From an uncultured Bacteriovoracaceae bacterium (GTDB lineage Bacteria > Bdellovibrionota > Bacteriovoracia > Bacteriovoracales > Bacteriovoracaceae): a stretch of 44,764 bases of DNA. Below, piece by piece: positions 44,187 to 44,764 of this stretch. The translations under genes and the position numbers were made by a program. Below the pieces are notes generated by a model that did no database searches, was not told the origin of the DNA, and saw nothing but the letters and a program-made list of their open reading frames with translations. Position 1 is the stretch's first letter. Every line of letters begins with the position of its first letter. The stretch spans positions 1 through 44,764 of the forward strand of contig CAXGUD010000031.1 in the NCBI GenBank assembly GCA_964012805.1. The letters are read 5' to 3'.

Positions 44187-44764
44187 ATGAATTTTAAAAT
44201 GGTTTTACCTTGTTTAGCGGTTTTAGCATCAAGCTATATAGAAGCGAGACCTAGGCCTTTACCTTTAAGAGACTTTGGGATGAAGCCGAAGCAAACTGTC
44301 ATTGATGATCTGAAAGTGAAGGTTTTAAACCGGAATGACTTTAGAGGTGGAAAACGTGCTGCGATTAAGGGGCGAGTCCTTTTAGGTAATAATCCTTGCC
44401 TCGCAAAAGGGGTTAAAGTTCATGTTAAGAAGATTCAAAAACCTCGTAAGACAAAGATTGTTGCTTTTAAAACAAGCCTCAACAAACTCAGGCGCTGTAC
44501 CAGGGAACTAAGGCCTGTTTATCACCATTTTAAAATGAAAGTAGAAGATGCGCGCCACACTTTTGTAAGACATTATAAAAGAAAAGGAAATCATGTGGCA
44601 CTTCTAAAATTAGCTTCAATGTCAGCCCATCCCGGGGTGGTGTCACCTAGGCCAATATTACCGCCAAGCGTGAGGCCAGTGAGACCTTTACCAGCACCTA
44701 TCAGACCTATTCTTCCTCCAATTTCGAGACCAGACCATGATGATTCCCTAGACCATGATGATTC
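44187..44764 (+). CDS. Secreted hypothetical protein with Pro-rich linker and His/Asp repeat (3'-partial, not in the ORF track)
   Basis: GAGGAGGAG RBS, ATG 44187 and no stop to the window end. Translation: MNFKMVLPCLAVLASSYIEA-RPRPLP...GNNPC...CTRELRPV...PRPILPPSVRPVRPLPAPIRPILPPISRPDHDDSLDHDD. Confidence 0.85.
   Translation, partial: MNFKMVLPCLAVLASSYIEARPRPLPLRDFGMKPKQTVIDDLKVKVLNRNDFRGGKRAAIKGRVLLGNNPCLAKGVKVHVKKIQKPRKTKIVAFKTSLNKLRRCTRELRPVYHHFKMKVEDARHTFVRHYKRKGNHVALLKLASMSAHPGVVSPRPILPPSVRPVRPLPAPIRPILPPISRPDHDDSLDHDD
44732..44764 (+). repeat. Start of an 18-bp-period tandem repeat at the window end
   Basis: agaccatgatgattc occurs at 44732-44746 and again at 44750-44764, encoding DHDDS units. 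Confidence 0.75.

Overview
A gene-dense, AT-rich bacterial chromosomal segment (roughly 35-40% GC, estimated from sample lines). ORFs are truncated at both ends. The gene families suggest a Bdellovibrionota-like (Bacteriovoracia-type) organism, which is an inference only. I found no rRNA, tRNA, CRISPR array, integrase or transposase. In order, the window holds: a CheB-CheR fusion; an M48 peptidase plus TolC-MacA-MacB exporter; a beta-barrel OMP; an 11.6 kb phosphate/polyphosphate cluster; pcm; a ferredoxin-MBL fusion; two alpha/beta hydrolases; two small ORFs; hmgA; a TonB receptor and TonB; an acyl-CoA ligase; a PQQ-type propeller; an alkylsulfatase; three apparently catalytically dead cyclic-nucleotide signalling proteins; an acyl-CoA dehydrogenase; a secreted AHL-lactonase-like protein; pheA-ilvE; and a secreted Pro-rich/His-Asp-repeat ORF that runs off the end. 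The best candidate for an undescribed system is 8636-20221. Two ppk1 paralogs bracket a DUF4956 membrane protein, ApaH, a Na/Pi symporter and four signal-peptide-bearing proteins (family I pyrophosphatase, CHAD protein, CYTH/TTM-like protein, beta-propeller). The first three belong to normally cytoplasmic families, so this may be an extracytoplasmic polyphosphate export or scavenging module. The second candidate is the pseudo-HD-GYP plus two GAF-pseudo-cyclase operon at 34751-38673. All family calls come from motif recognition by eye, not from database searches.
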